Assembly (NCBI GenBank): GCA_016928955.1 | Contig: JAFGJV010000054.1 | Span: 1-60,554 of the forward strand | From: Spirochaetales bacterium | GTDB lineage: Bacteria > Spirochaetota > Spirochaetia > Treponematales > UBA12059 | Reading direction: 5' to 3' | DNA length: 60,554 nucleotides | Shown: piece by piece, positions 37,415-46,015 of the stretch | Position numbering within the stretch: position 1 is the stretch's first letter | Layout of the letters: each line of letters begins with the position of its first letter | Program-made: the position numbers and the translations under genes | Notes under the pieces: generated by a model | Seen by the model: the letters and a program-made list of their open reading frames with translations, nothing else | What the model was told of the DNA's origin: nothing | The model's database searches: none

Positions 37415-38161
37415 ATGGCCAGGGCACGGTTCCGTATCCAGTCCATGGAACGAGTCACGCCCTTGGCCGCGCGCCTCAGGCTTGCGCCGGAGGACGGCAA
37501 GCTCCCGGAAGCCTTCCGGCGCAGGAAACCCGGCCACGCTTGCGCGTTCAGCTTTGGCGTACCCGGCTTCCCGCCCTGGTCGGGGCCCTTCATTCCCGTA
37601 AACGCCCCGTCCGATGCCGGCCTGGACATCATCGTGCCAGCCGTTGACCAGTGGACGCTAGCCCTGGTCGACGCATGCGAGCGCTTTCCGGGCCCAGACG
37701 CGAACCGGCCGTGGACGGCGGACGTGAAAGGTCCCGCGGGCGGATTCGTGGTCGCTCGCGGCACCGGCCCCATCGTCATGATAGCCTGCGGTTCTGACGC
37801 GTCGCCCTTCCTGGCCGTGGCATCGGACATGGCGCGTACGGGCGACAGGCGCAGGGCCGTTTTCCTGTGGTCGGCCCGCACCCGGGATGACCTTGCCGGG
37901 CTGGACGCGCTGACCGCCGCAGGAAAGCCAGCGGTACTCACCATACCCATACTGTCAGGCGATCCTCTGTGGACGGGCAGGCGGGGGGCCGTGGACGAAG
38001 CAGCGCTGAGGGAACTCGCAGCGCCGGAACTGGCGGACGCAGGCACCGGATTCTGGCTGTCGGCTCCGGCTGAGGAACTGCGCAGACTGTCGCGTGTCCT
38101 GCGCCAGCTGGGAGTCGGGATGGGGCGCGTCCATGCCCGCCGCGTGCCGGGCAGGGACTGA
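37415..38161 (+). CDS. FNR-like FAD/NAD-binding domain protein (divergent)
   Basis: VKGPAGGF, MIACGSDASPFLA, FLWSART, WTGRRG. Confidence 0.65.
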   Translation: MARARFRIQSMERVTPLAARLRLAPEDGKLPEAFRRRKPGHACAFSFGVPGFPPWSGPFIPVNAPSDAGLDIIVPAVDQWTLALVDACERFPGPDANRPWTADVKGPAGGFVVARGTGPIVMIACGSDASPFLAVASDMARTGDRRRAVFLWSARTRDDLAGLDALTAAGKPAVLTIPILSGDPLWTGRRGAVDEAALRELAAPELADAGTGFWLSAPAEELRRLSRVLRQLGVGMGRVHARRVPGRD

Positions 38162-38166
38162 AGGCC

Positions 38167-38631
38167 ATGACGACCAACGCCATACGCATGGTGAAGGCGC
38201 TCGGCCTGAGCGCGCGTGTGCTCGAGTACGAGGTGGACGACAGCGACCTTTCGGCGGGGCACGTGGCCGCGGCCCTTGGCCTGGACCCGGACCGCGTATT
38301 CAAGACCCTGGTGGCTGTGGGCGACAAAACAGGACCTTTTATGTGCGTCATACCGGGTTCCTTGGAGCTCAACCTCAAGAAAGCAGCATCTGCGTCCGGC
38401 AACAAGTCGGTGGCCATGCTGCCGCTGAGGGAACTTGAGCCCCTGACCGGTTACGTCCGGGGCGGCTGCTCGCCGGTGGGCGCCAAAAAGCGCCTGCCCG
38501 TGTATCTGGACGAGACTGCGGCCCTCTGGGATGACATAGCGGTGAGCGCGGGGATCAGGGGTGCCCAGATGGTCCTTGCTCCGGGAGACCTGATTACGGC
38601 ATCCGGCGGGAGCTACGCCGACCTGACCTGA
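38167..38631 (+). CDS. ybaK: Cys-tRNA(Pro) deacylase
   Basis: TNAIR, VFKTLV, TGYVRGGCSPVG, SAG.RG. Confidence 0.93.
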   Translation: MTTNAIRMVKALGLSARVLEYEVDDSDLSAGHVAAALGLDPDRVFKTLVAVGDKTGPFMCVIPGSLELNLKKAASASGNKSVAMLPLRELEPLTGYVRGGCSPVGAKKRLPVYLDETAALWDDIAVSAGIRGAQMVLAPGDLITASGGSYADLT

Positions 38632-38896
38632 CGGCGGAACCGAAGAGCCCGATCCGGGCCCTGGGCCACTCGCGACGTGCCCGCGGCAAGCCCATCCTGT
38701 GCGGCTGGTTTTAGGGGCTGTCGTTTTTTTAACACACGACTAGCAATTTCAATATAATCTTTTCATGGTTGGCGGGCATACTGCCGCAAGTTCGCAGGCG
38801 CGTACTCAAACGCGTAAGCTTCTAATCAGGGAGGCGCGCCGGATAGCCCGGACCTGGGCGCCCGCGCGGACGGCCTACTGGCGGAAGGATGGACGC

Positions 38897-39955
38897 TTGA
38901 AGCTTGCGGAGTTTCTGAAAACCATGCATGAGCTTATGGATGGCGCGCGGCGGGAGACGCTGGGTTCAGGCGACCGCATCGTGTTCGTAAGCGATCTGCA
39001 CCTAGGTGACCGTTCGGGCAGCGACGACTTCAGGCGAAACGAAGACCTGGTGCTCGGGGCGCTGTCGTCGCATTACCGCGAACGGAACTACCGCCTTGTG
39101 CTCAACGGAGACATAGAGGAGCTGCATAAATTCCGCCTCAGCGCCGTTCGGTCGGCGTACAGCCATCTGTTCGACCTGTTCAGGGACTTTGCCGCGGGCC
39201 CCGGCCTGGTCAAAATAGTGGGCAACCATAATTTGCCCCTGCTTCTTCTGCCTGAAGACGAGTTTCCCCGCGACCACGCGCTCAGGCTTGACTGGAACGC
39301 CAACACCATACTGGCTTTTCACGGGCACCAGTCCCACAAGCTGTTCACCAAATACAACTACATCTCGAATTTTATCGTACGGTATCTAGCCAATCCCCTG
39401 CATCTCCATAACGTGGACATACCCATGACCAGCGCCAGGCGGTTCCGCGCCGAGAAAAGGATTTACCGGGCGTCCAAACAGCTTGGCATCGTAAGCATAG
39501 CCGGGCACACGCACCGGCCGCTCTTTGAGTCGTACAGCAAGTACGATACCCTCAGGTGGAACATAGAGACCATGCTCAGGCGCTATACGCTGGCCGACGA
39601 GACGGGCAAGAGCGAGCTGAGCCAGCTCATATCGATATACGCCGACGAATTCAGGCGCCTTGGCAAACGGGACAGGACACGGAAGGTGTCACGGAGCCTG
39701 TACGAGCGAGAGGAGCTGCTGTACCCCTGCATGTTCAACTCGGGGTGCCTGACCGGACGGGGCGGGTTTACCGCCATAGAGATAGCCGACGGGACCATAG
39801 CCCTGGTGTACTGGGCCAGGGACGGCGCGGCCAGGAACTATGTGGAAAAGGAGGCGCAGCTCAAGGAGCGCGCCTCCGGTACTCCGTGGATAAAGTACAC
39901 CATAGCCAGCGATTCCCTGGACTACGTGTTTGCCAGGATACAGCTGCTCGGCTGA
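38897..39955 (+). CDS. Calcineurin-like metallophosphoesterase (start uncertain)
   Basis: SDLHLG, NGD, GNH, FHGH, GHTH. Confidence 0.85.
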   Translation: MKLAEFLKTMHELMDGARRETLGSGDRIVFVSDLHLGDRSGSDDFRRNEDLVLGALSSHYRERNYRLVLNGDIEELHKFRLSAVRSAYSHLFDLFRDFAAGPGLVKIVGNHNLPLLLLPEDEFPRDHALRLDWNANTILAFHGHQSHKLFTKYNYISNFIVRYLANPLHLHNVDIPMTSARRFRAEKRIYRASKQLGIVSIAGHTHRPLFESYSKYDTLRWNIETMLRRYTLADETGKSELSQLISIYADEFRRLGKRDRTRKVSRSLYEREELLYPCMFNSGCLTGRGGFTAIEIADGTIALVYWARDGAARNYVEKEAQLKERASGTPWIKYTIASDSLDYVFARIQLLG

Positions 39956-39962
39956 CTGATCC

Positions 39963-41312
39963 CTACAAGCCGAGCCCGCCAAGAGCGTCGTGGATAAGCT
40001 CGCTGACCGTGGGGTGGGGGAACACGACGGCGTCCATATCCCCGACGCCGGCTCCCTGGGCAATGGCATACTGCAGGCCCCATATCAGCTCGCTGGCGTA
40101 GGGCGCCACCACGGTGGCTCCGAGCAGGCGGCCGGTTTTGGCGTCGGCCAAGAGCTTGCACATGCCGTGGGCCCCCATGCCGTTTTCCGCCAGAAAGCGG
40201 CCATTGGCGCGGGCGGGCAGGGAGCTTTTTGCGTACTCCACCCCGGCAGCCTTGAGCTCGGCCTCGGTGGCTCCAACACCGGCGGCTTCCGGTTCGCCGT
40301 ACACCACCCAGGGTAGGGCCTTCCAGGGCACGGACGCGGTTTTGCCCGCTATGGCGTCTGCCACGGCGCGGCCCATGGCGCTGGCCGAGTGGGCAAGGAG
40401 CGAGCGGCCGGTCACGTCGCCTATGGCCCACACGCCGGGCACGTTGGTGCGACACTGGTCGTCCACGATTATGCCCTTGGGCCCGAACTGCACACCGGCC
40501 GCTTCCAGCCCAAGGCCAGACACCAACGGTTTGCGGCCGGCTGCCGCGAGGATAAGGTCGCCCGTGACCGACCCGTTGTCGTCGCCCTTGGTATAGCTGA
40601 CCACGCCGCCCTCTATGCCGGTCACCCTGGCGCCCGTGTGGATGGTCACGCCCTTGAGCGAGCGGCGGAACACGCCCACCGCCTCTGCGTCCATGAAAGG
40701 AAGGATCTCGCCCATCATCTCAAGCACCGTGACACCCACGCCCAGGGCCGAGAAATAGGTGGCGAATTCTATGCCCACTACCCCGGCGCCTATGATGACC
40801 AGGGAACCGGGCAGTTCCTTGAGGTTCAAAAGCTCGGCGCTGGTAAGCACGGATGGATTGCCGGCCAGGCCCGGTATGGGCGGCAGGGCGGGTTCCGAAC
40901 CGGACGCCACTATGATGTGCCTGCCTTCCAGCATTTGTCCGCTTTCCTGAACGCGGATGGATGAGGCCGACGCCAGTTCTCCGGTGCCCTGGATTACGTC
41001 GACCTTGTGTTTCTTCATGAGAAAGTCCACGTTGGCCACCAGGCGTTTGACCGTCTGGTTTTTCCACTCCATGGCGGCGGCCAGGTCATAGCGGGCCCCA
41101 TCCACGCGGATGCCCATGGCCTCCGATTCAAGTGCGTGGCGGTAGCGTTTGGCTCCAGCCAGGAGGCTTTTGGTCGGTATGCAGCCCCGGTTCAGGCAGG
41201 TGCCACCCAGGGCGTCCTTCTCGACCAGGGCCACGCTGAGACCAAGCGATCCGGCCCTCTCGGCCGCCACATAGCCTCCGGGACCTCCGCCCAGAATGAC
41301 GATGTCGTACAC
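39963..41312 (-). CDS. lpdA: Dihydrolipoyl dehydrogenase
   Basis: GGGPGGY, GGTCLNRGCIPTK, HPTVSE. Confidence 0.95.
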   Translation of the reverse strand: MYDIVILGGGPGGYVAAERAGSLGLSVALVEKDALGGTCLNRGCIPTKSLLAGAKRYRHALESEAMGIRVDGARYDLAAAMEWKNQTVKRLVANVDFLMKKHKVDVIQGTGELASASSIRVQESGQMLEGRHIIVASGSEPALPPIPGLAGNPSVLTSAELLNLKELPGSLVIIGAGVVGIEFATYFSALGVGVTVLEMMGEILPFMDAEAVGVFRRSLKGVTIHTGARVTGIEGGVVSYTKGDDNGSVTGDLILAAAGRKPLVSGLGLEAAGVQFGPKGIIVDDQCRTNVPGVWAIGDVTGRSLLAHSASAMGRAVADAIAGKTASVPWKALPWVVYGEPEAAGVGATEAELKAAGVEYAKSSLPARANGRFLAENGMGAHGMCKLLADAKTGRLLGATVVAPYASELIWGLQYAIAQGAGVGDMDAVVFPHPTVSELIHDALGGLGL

Positions 41313-41455
41313 GGTATCCCCCTTTTTTTAGCGAGTACCCACCCGCCACCGGCATAGTGGACAATAGTCGTCCCCCGCGTCAACCGTGGGCGACGCGGCC
41401 ATCGGGCGACGCGGCCTTTACGGGTCCTCCCCCCGGATGCTAGACTGGCCGCACC

Positions 41456-44400
41456 ATGTCCTTTGTCCACATCCACACGCACAGCGACTTTTCGCTCCTT
41501 GACGGCGCCGCCTCCATTCCGAGCCTGGTCGGCAAGGCCAAAGCCCTGGGCATGCCCGGCTTGGCTATTACCGACCACGGCAACATGTTCGGCGCCCTGA
41601 AATTCTACAAAGAGTGCCGGAAAGTCGGTATCAATCCCATAGTCGGGAGCGAATTCTACGTTGCGGGGGCGTCCAGGAGGGAAAAAACCGGCACCGAGGG
41701 CGGAAACAAGTACTACCACCTGGTCCTGGTCGCCAAGAACGAGGAAGGGTACCGCAACCTGGTGCAGTTGTCGTCGTTGTCGTATACCGAGGGCTTCTAT
41801 TACAAGCCGCGCATAGACTGGGAACTCATGGAGAGCTACCACGAGGGGCTGATATGCTCCACGGCGTGCATAGCCGGCGAGGTGCCCCAGTATCTGCTTC
41901 TGGGGCGCAACGACGAGGCAGAGCGCGTGGCCGCCCGGTACCGCGATCTGTTTGGGGCGGAAAACTACTATCTGGAGCTTCAGGACCACGGCATGGACGA
42001 GGAACGCCGCGTCAACAGGGAGCTCGTACCCATGGCCAAGCGGCTGGGCGTGGGCATCATTGCCACCAACGACGTGCACTATCTGGAAAAATCCGACGCG
42101 GCGGCCCACGACGCCCTCCTGTGCGTGGGCACCAACCGCAAGGTGTCGGACGTGTCGCGCATGCGCTTTCCCTCTCCCGAGTTTTACCTCAAAAGCCCCG
42201 ACGAGATGGCCAGCCTGTTCCGCGAGCTGCCGGATGCCCTGTCCAACACCCTCCGTATCAACGAAATGGTCAACCTGACCATACCCCTGCCAGGGCCGCT
42301 CCTTCCCAAATTCGATATACCCCAGAGCTTCTGCTCGGACGACGATGAGAAAGCTGCCCCGGAGGTGGAGCGCGTACGGGCCTTCCTGGGCGCCATGAGC
42401 GACGACGATATATGCAAACCCAATCCCAAGTACGGTAAGGTAGCGGCGGGGGAGCTGGCACCCGGCATTAGGAAGACCCTGGAGCGAAGGCTTTCAGACC
42501 CGGTGACCCGGTATTTCATATTCAGCGCCAACCGCGGGCTTGAGAAGCGCTATCCGAACCTGAGCGACGACATACAAAAGCGCCTGGACTACGAATTGTC
42601 CACCATCATCCTGATGGACTTTGTGGGCTACTTCCTGATCGTGGCCGACTTCATCAACTGGGCCAAGGATAGGGATATACCCGTTGGCCCGGGGCGCGGC
42701 TCCGGCGCCGGTTCCATCGTCGCCTATTCTCTGCGCATCACGGACATAGAGCCCCTGCGCTTCAACCTGCTGTTCGAGCGCTTCCTCAACCCGGAGCGCG
42801 TGTCCATGCCGGACTTTGACGTGGACTTCTGCTACGAGCGGCGGGGCGAGGTGATCGACTATGTGACCAAGAAGTACGGTGAGGACCGCGTTGGCCAGAT
42901 CATCACCTTTGGCACGCTCAAGGCCAAGGCCGTGATCAAGGACGTGGCGAGGGCCCTGGACATATCGATAGACGAGTCCAACATGATCACCAAGCTGGTG
43001 CCGGACGACCCCAAGATGACCCTGGCCCTGGCCTTTGAGCAGGAACCCAAGCTGGCCGAGCTCGCTGAAAATCCCCGCTACCAGGAACTGTTCGAGATGG
43101 CCCGCAAGCTGGAAAACAAGAACAGGCACACCAGCTTTCACGCGGCAGGCATAGTCATAGGCAAGTCCAAGCTGTCGGACTTTGTTCCCCTGTTCAAGGA
43201 CCCCAAGACGGGTATCGTGGCCACGCAGTTCACCATGGACCAGCTTGAGGAATGCGGCCTTGTAAAGATGGATTTTCTGGGTCTCAAGACCCTGACCCTG
43301 ATCAAGAACACCCTGTCCTTGATGCGCAAGCGCGGCGTGGACATAGACATCGGCTCCATACCGGAGGACGACGCCAAGACCTACGCCATGCTGGGAGAGG
43401 GCCGCTCGACCAGCGTGTTCCAGTTCGAGTCTGACGGCATGCAGGGCATCCTCAGGCAGGCCAAGCCGTCGCGCATAGAAGACCTCATAGCCCTGAACGC
43501 TTTGTACCGGCCCGGGCCCATGGACAACATACCCCAGTTCGTGGACTGCAAGTTCGGCCGCAAGCCCATCACCTATCCCCATGCGTCGCTCAAGCCCATC
43601 CTGGAGGAGACCTACGGCGTGATCGTCTACCAGGAACAGGTGATGCAGGCCACGCAGATCCTGGGAGGGTACACGCTCGGAGGCGCAGACATCCTACGCC
43701 GCGCCATGGGCAAGAAGAAGATCGAGGAGATGGCAAAACAGCGCGCCCTGTTCAACGCGGGCTGCGCTCGCATCCACGGCATAGACGAGCGCCAGGGCAA
43801 CGATATCTTTGACCTCCTGGAAAAATTCGCCGGGTATGGTTTCAACAAAAGCCACGCGGCGGCCTACGCCGTGCTGGCCTACCACACGGCCTGGCTCAAG
43901 GCGAACTACCCGGCCGAATTCATGGCCGCCAACCTGACCAACGAAATCAACGACACGGACAAGCTTACCCAATACATAGCCGAGGCCCGGTCCATGGGCA
44001 TAGAGGTGAGCGCCCCTGACATCAACCGTTCTGAGAGCAGGTTCACGGTGGCCGACGGCCGGATAGTGTACGGGCTCATAGGCATCAAGGGCGTGGGCGA
44101 GGGCGTGGCCATGGACATCCTGGCCGAACGCCAGAAGGGCGGCCCGTTCAAGGATTTTATAGACTTCCTGGAGCGGACGGGCGTCCAGTCAGCCAACAAG
44201 CGCGTCATAGAAACCCTGGTGCGCGCCGGCTGTTTCGACTCCCTGGGCGGACGGAGGGCTGAACTGGTCCTGAACCTGGAGCGCGCCTACGACTACGCAG
44301 CCAAAAAGGCCGAGGCGGGCGAGTACGGACAGGCCAGCCTGTTCGAGGGCGCGAGCGACGAGGAATTCCCGCCGTTCCGCTTCGAGCCGGCCGACGAGTG

Positions 44401-45031
44401 GCCGCGGGCGGAGCTCCTGCGCCAGGAGAAACAGCTTCTGGGCTTCTATTTCTCCGGCCACCCCCTGGACGAATTCAAGGACGTCTACGAGCGCTGCTGC
44501 GATGTGGATTTTGCCCATCCCGAGCGCTCGAGCCCGGACCGCCAGTACACCCTGGTCGGCCAGCTTACGGAATTCCGGGAAATTCTCACGCGCAGGGGCA
44601 AGAAGATGGCCTTTGGCAAGGTGGAGAGCTACCAGGGATCCATAGAAATAGTCGTGTTCGCCGACACGCTGGAGCGCAATCCCGGCCGCTTTGAGCCGGA
44701 CGCCATCGTATTCCTGCGCGGCAAGGTGGACACGGACCGGGAGAACCCCAGCTTCAAGGTGGAGGAATTCGCCCTGCCAGGCGACCTACGGGAAAAAAGC
44801 TACCGAGAGGTCCATATAGCCCTCCACGCCGTGCGGCGCGAGGACGACCTTGCCTGCCTGAGAGACATACTCTTTGCCTCAAGCGGCCAGTGCGCCGTGG
44901 TGTTCCACGTTCCTGAGAACGGTGGAAACGTGCCGGTCAAGGCCCATGCCCAGATATCCTGCGCGCCCAGGGATGATATCCTTGAGCGCATACGGGAAAC
45001 GCCCGTGGTGGCGGACCTGTGGCTGTCGTGA
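41456..45031 (+). CDS. dnaE: DNA polymerase III alpha subunit
   Basis: PHP (HSDFSLLDG, TDHGN), GPGRGSGAGS, MPDFDVDF, KMDFLGL, GYGFNKSH. Confidence 0.98.
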   Translation: MSFVHIHTHSDFSLLDGAASIPSLVGKAKALGMPGLAITDHGNMFGALKFYKECRKVGINPIVGSEFYVAGASRREKTGTEGGNKYYHLVLVAKNEEGYRNLVQLSSLSYTEGFYYKPRIDWELMESYHEGLICSTACIAGEVPQYLLLGRNDEAERVAARYRDLFGAENYYLELQDHGMDEERRVNRELVPMAKRLGVGIIATNDVHYLEKSDAAAHDALLCVGTNRKVSDVSRMRFPSPEFYLKSPDEMASLFRELPDALSNTLRINEMVNLTIPLPGPLLPKFDIPQSFCSDDDEKAAPEVERVRAFLGAMSDDDICKPNPKYGKVAAGELAPGIRKTLERRLSDPVTRYFIFSANRGLEKRYPNLSDDIQKRLDYELSTIILMDFVGYFLIVADFINWAKDRDIPVGPGRGSGAGSIVAYSLRITDIEPLRFNLLFERFLNPERVSMPDFDVDFCYERRGEVIDYVTKKYGEDRVGQIITFGTLKAKAVIKDVARALDISIDESNMITKLVPDDPKMTLALAFEQEPKLAELAENPRYQELFEMARKLENKNRHTSFHAAGIVIGKSKLSDFVPLFKDPKTGIVATQFTMDQLEECGLVKMDFLGLKTLTLIKNTLSLMRKRGVDIDIGSIPEDDAKTYAMLGEGRSTSVFQFESDGMQGILRQAKPSRIEDLIALNALYRPGPMDNIPQFVDCKFGRKPITYPHASLKPILEETYGVIVYQEQVMQATQILGGYTLGGADILRRAMGKKKIEEMAKQRALFNAGCARIHGIDERQGNDIFDLLEKFAGYGFNKSHAAAYAVLAYHTAWLKANYPAEFMAANLTNEINDTDKLTQYIAEARSMGIEVSAPDINRSESRFTVADGRIVYGLIGIKGVGEGVAMDILAERQKGGPFKDFIDFLERTGVQSANKRVIETLVRAGCFDSLGGRRAELVLNLERAYDYAAKKAEAGEYGQASLFEGASDEEFPPFRFEPADEWPRAELLRQEKQLLGFYFSGHPLDEFKDVYERCCDVDFAHPERSSPDRQYTLVGQLTEFREILTRRGKKMAFGKVESYQGSIEIVVFADTLERNPGRFEPDAIVFLRGKVDTDRENPSFKVEEFALPGDLREKSYREVHIALHAVRREDDLACLRDILFASSGQCAVVFHVPENGGNVPVKAHAQISCAPRDDILERIRETPVVADLWLS

Positions 45032-45080
45032 CGGAGGGACGCGGGGAAAGGGCGAGCGCGTTCGGCGCGTTACCGGCCGG

Positions 45081-45776
45081 TCAGCTGCGCGACGCTATCC
45101 ACGGGCAGAGCTCGGCGTAGGTGCTGAAGGCGAAATCGGCCGTGCTCACCGCACGCTTGCGGGCTTGCCTGGCTATCAGGGCGGTCATCATTCCGGCGGC
45201 CTTGGCTCCCCGCACGTCATACGCCTCGGAATTGCCCACGTAGAGCACTTCGTCATTGCGGACGCCCAGGCGCTCGGCCAGAAGGTCAAAGGGCGCGCGG
45301 TCGGGTTTCACCAGGCCCGTTTCCTCGCTGGTCATGGCCACGTCAAAGTGGGATGACAGTCCCATCAGTTCCAGTTTGCGTTCGCAGGGGAAATCGGACA
45401 GGGCTCCGAGCTTGAAACCCCGGGACCTGAGTTCCTCAAGGCAGGCCTTGGCCCCGGGAAAGAGCCGTATGCGGTCAAAGGGCTCAAAGGCCTGGTGGTA
45501 GAAAAATCGCTTGATGGCGTCGCGCGTGGCTTCCTCGTCGGCTCCCAGGCGCCTGGCCACCAGACCGGCCTGAAGGCGGTGAAATTCGTCTATGGACCCG
45601 GGCGGGCTGTTCTGGAAGGGCAGTCCCGGGTTGAGCAGCCTGAGCTCCCGACGCACGGCGTTGAAGGCCCGCAGGAGCTTGAAGGACACGATGGCCCTGG
45701 GCAGCATGCGAAGGAACAGGGCTGATGAAGGGTAGAGCGTGCCGTCTATGTCGAAACCAACCGCGCGTATGGCCAT
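45081..45776 (-). CDS. HAD family hydrolase
   Basis: FDIDGTL, KPD, YVGNS..YDV.GA. Confidence 0.9.
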   Translation of the reverse strand: MAIRAVGFDIDGTLYPSSALFLRMLPRAIVSFKLLRAFNAVRRELRLLNPGLPFQNSPPGSIDEFHRLQAGLVARRLGADEEATRDAIKRFFYHQAFEPFDRIRLFPGAKACLEELRSRGFKLGALSDFPCERKLELMGLSSHFDVAMTSEETGLVKPDRAPFDLLAERLGVRNDEVLYVGNSEAYDVRGAKAAGMMTALIARQARKRAVSTADFAFSTYAELCPWIASRS

Positions 45777-45791
45777 GGCTGGTTTATAACG

Positions 45792-45825
45792 GAAAGCGCC
45801 CCGCCTGTCCAGCTAGGCGGGGCGC
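45792..45825 (-). terminator. Terminator after the nrdJ 3'-end duplicate
   Basis: 11-bp stem GCGCCCCGCCT (45796-45806)/AGGCGGGGCGC (45815-45825), then TTTCC on the minus strand. Confidence 0.7.
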
Positions 45826-45838
45826 CCAGGATTTTTAG

Positions 45839-46015
45839 CTACAACCGGTGGTACTCCCACAGGTCTCTCGTCGGCCCTGCTGGCCGACGGTTCGGTTCCG
45901 CTTGAGCGGAACCAAGCCGGGATTGAACCTGAAATGCGAGACCACAAGCCAGCGTACAGCCGCCTTTTCCAATCAACTACAACCGGTGGTACTCCCACAG
46001 GTCTCGCATTTCAGG
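45839..46015. repeat. 138-bp insertion duplicating the nrdJ 3' end, with an internal inverted copy of the target
   Basis: 29-bp perfect direct repeat at 45839-45867 and 45977-46005; 16-bp perfect inverted repeat at 45928-45943 and 46000-46015. Confidence 0.9.

Noticed and set aside
45839..46005. DGR template/variable repeat pair at nrdJ
   Set aside because: Repeat is only 29 bp, identical with no adenine-specific differences, and no reverse transcriptase is in the window.
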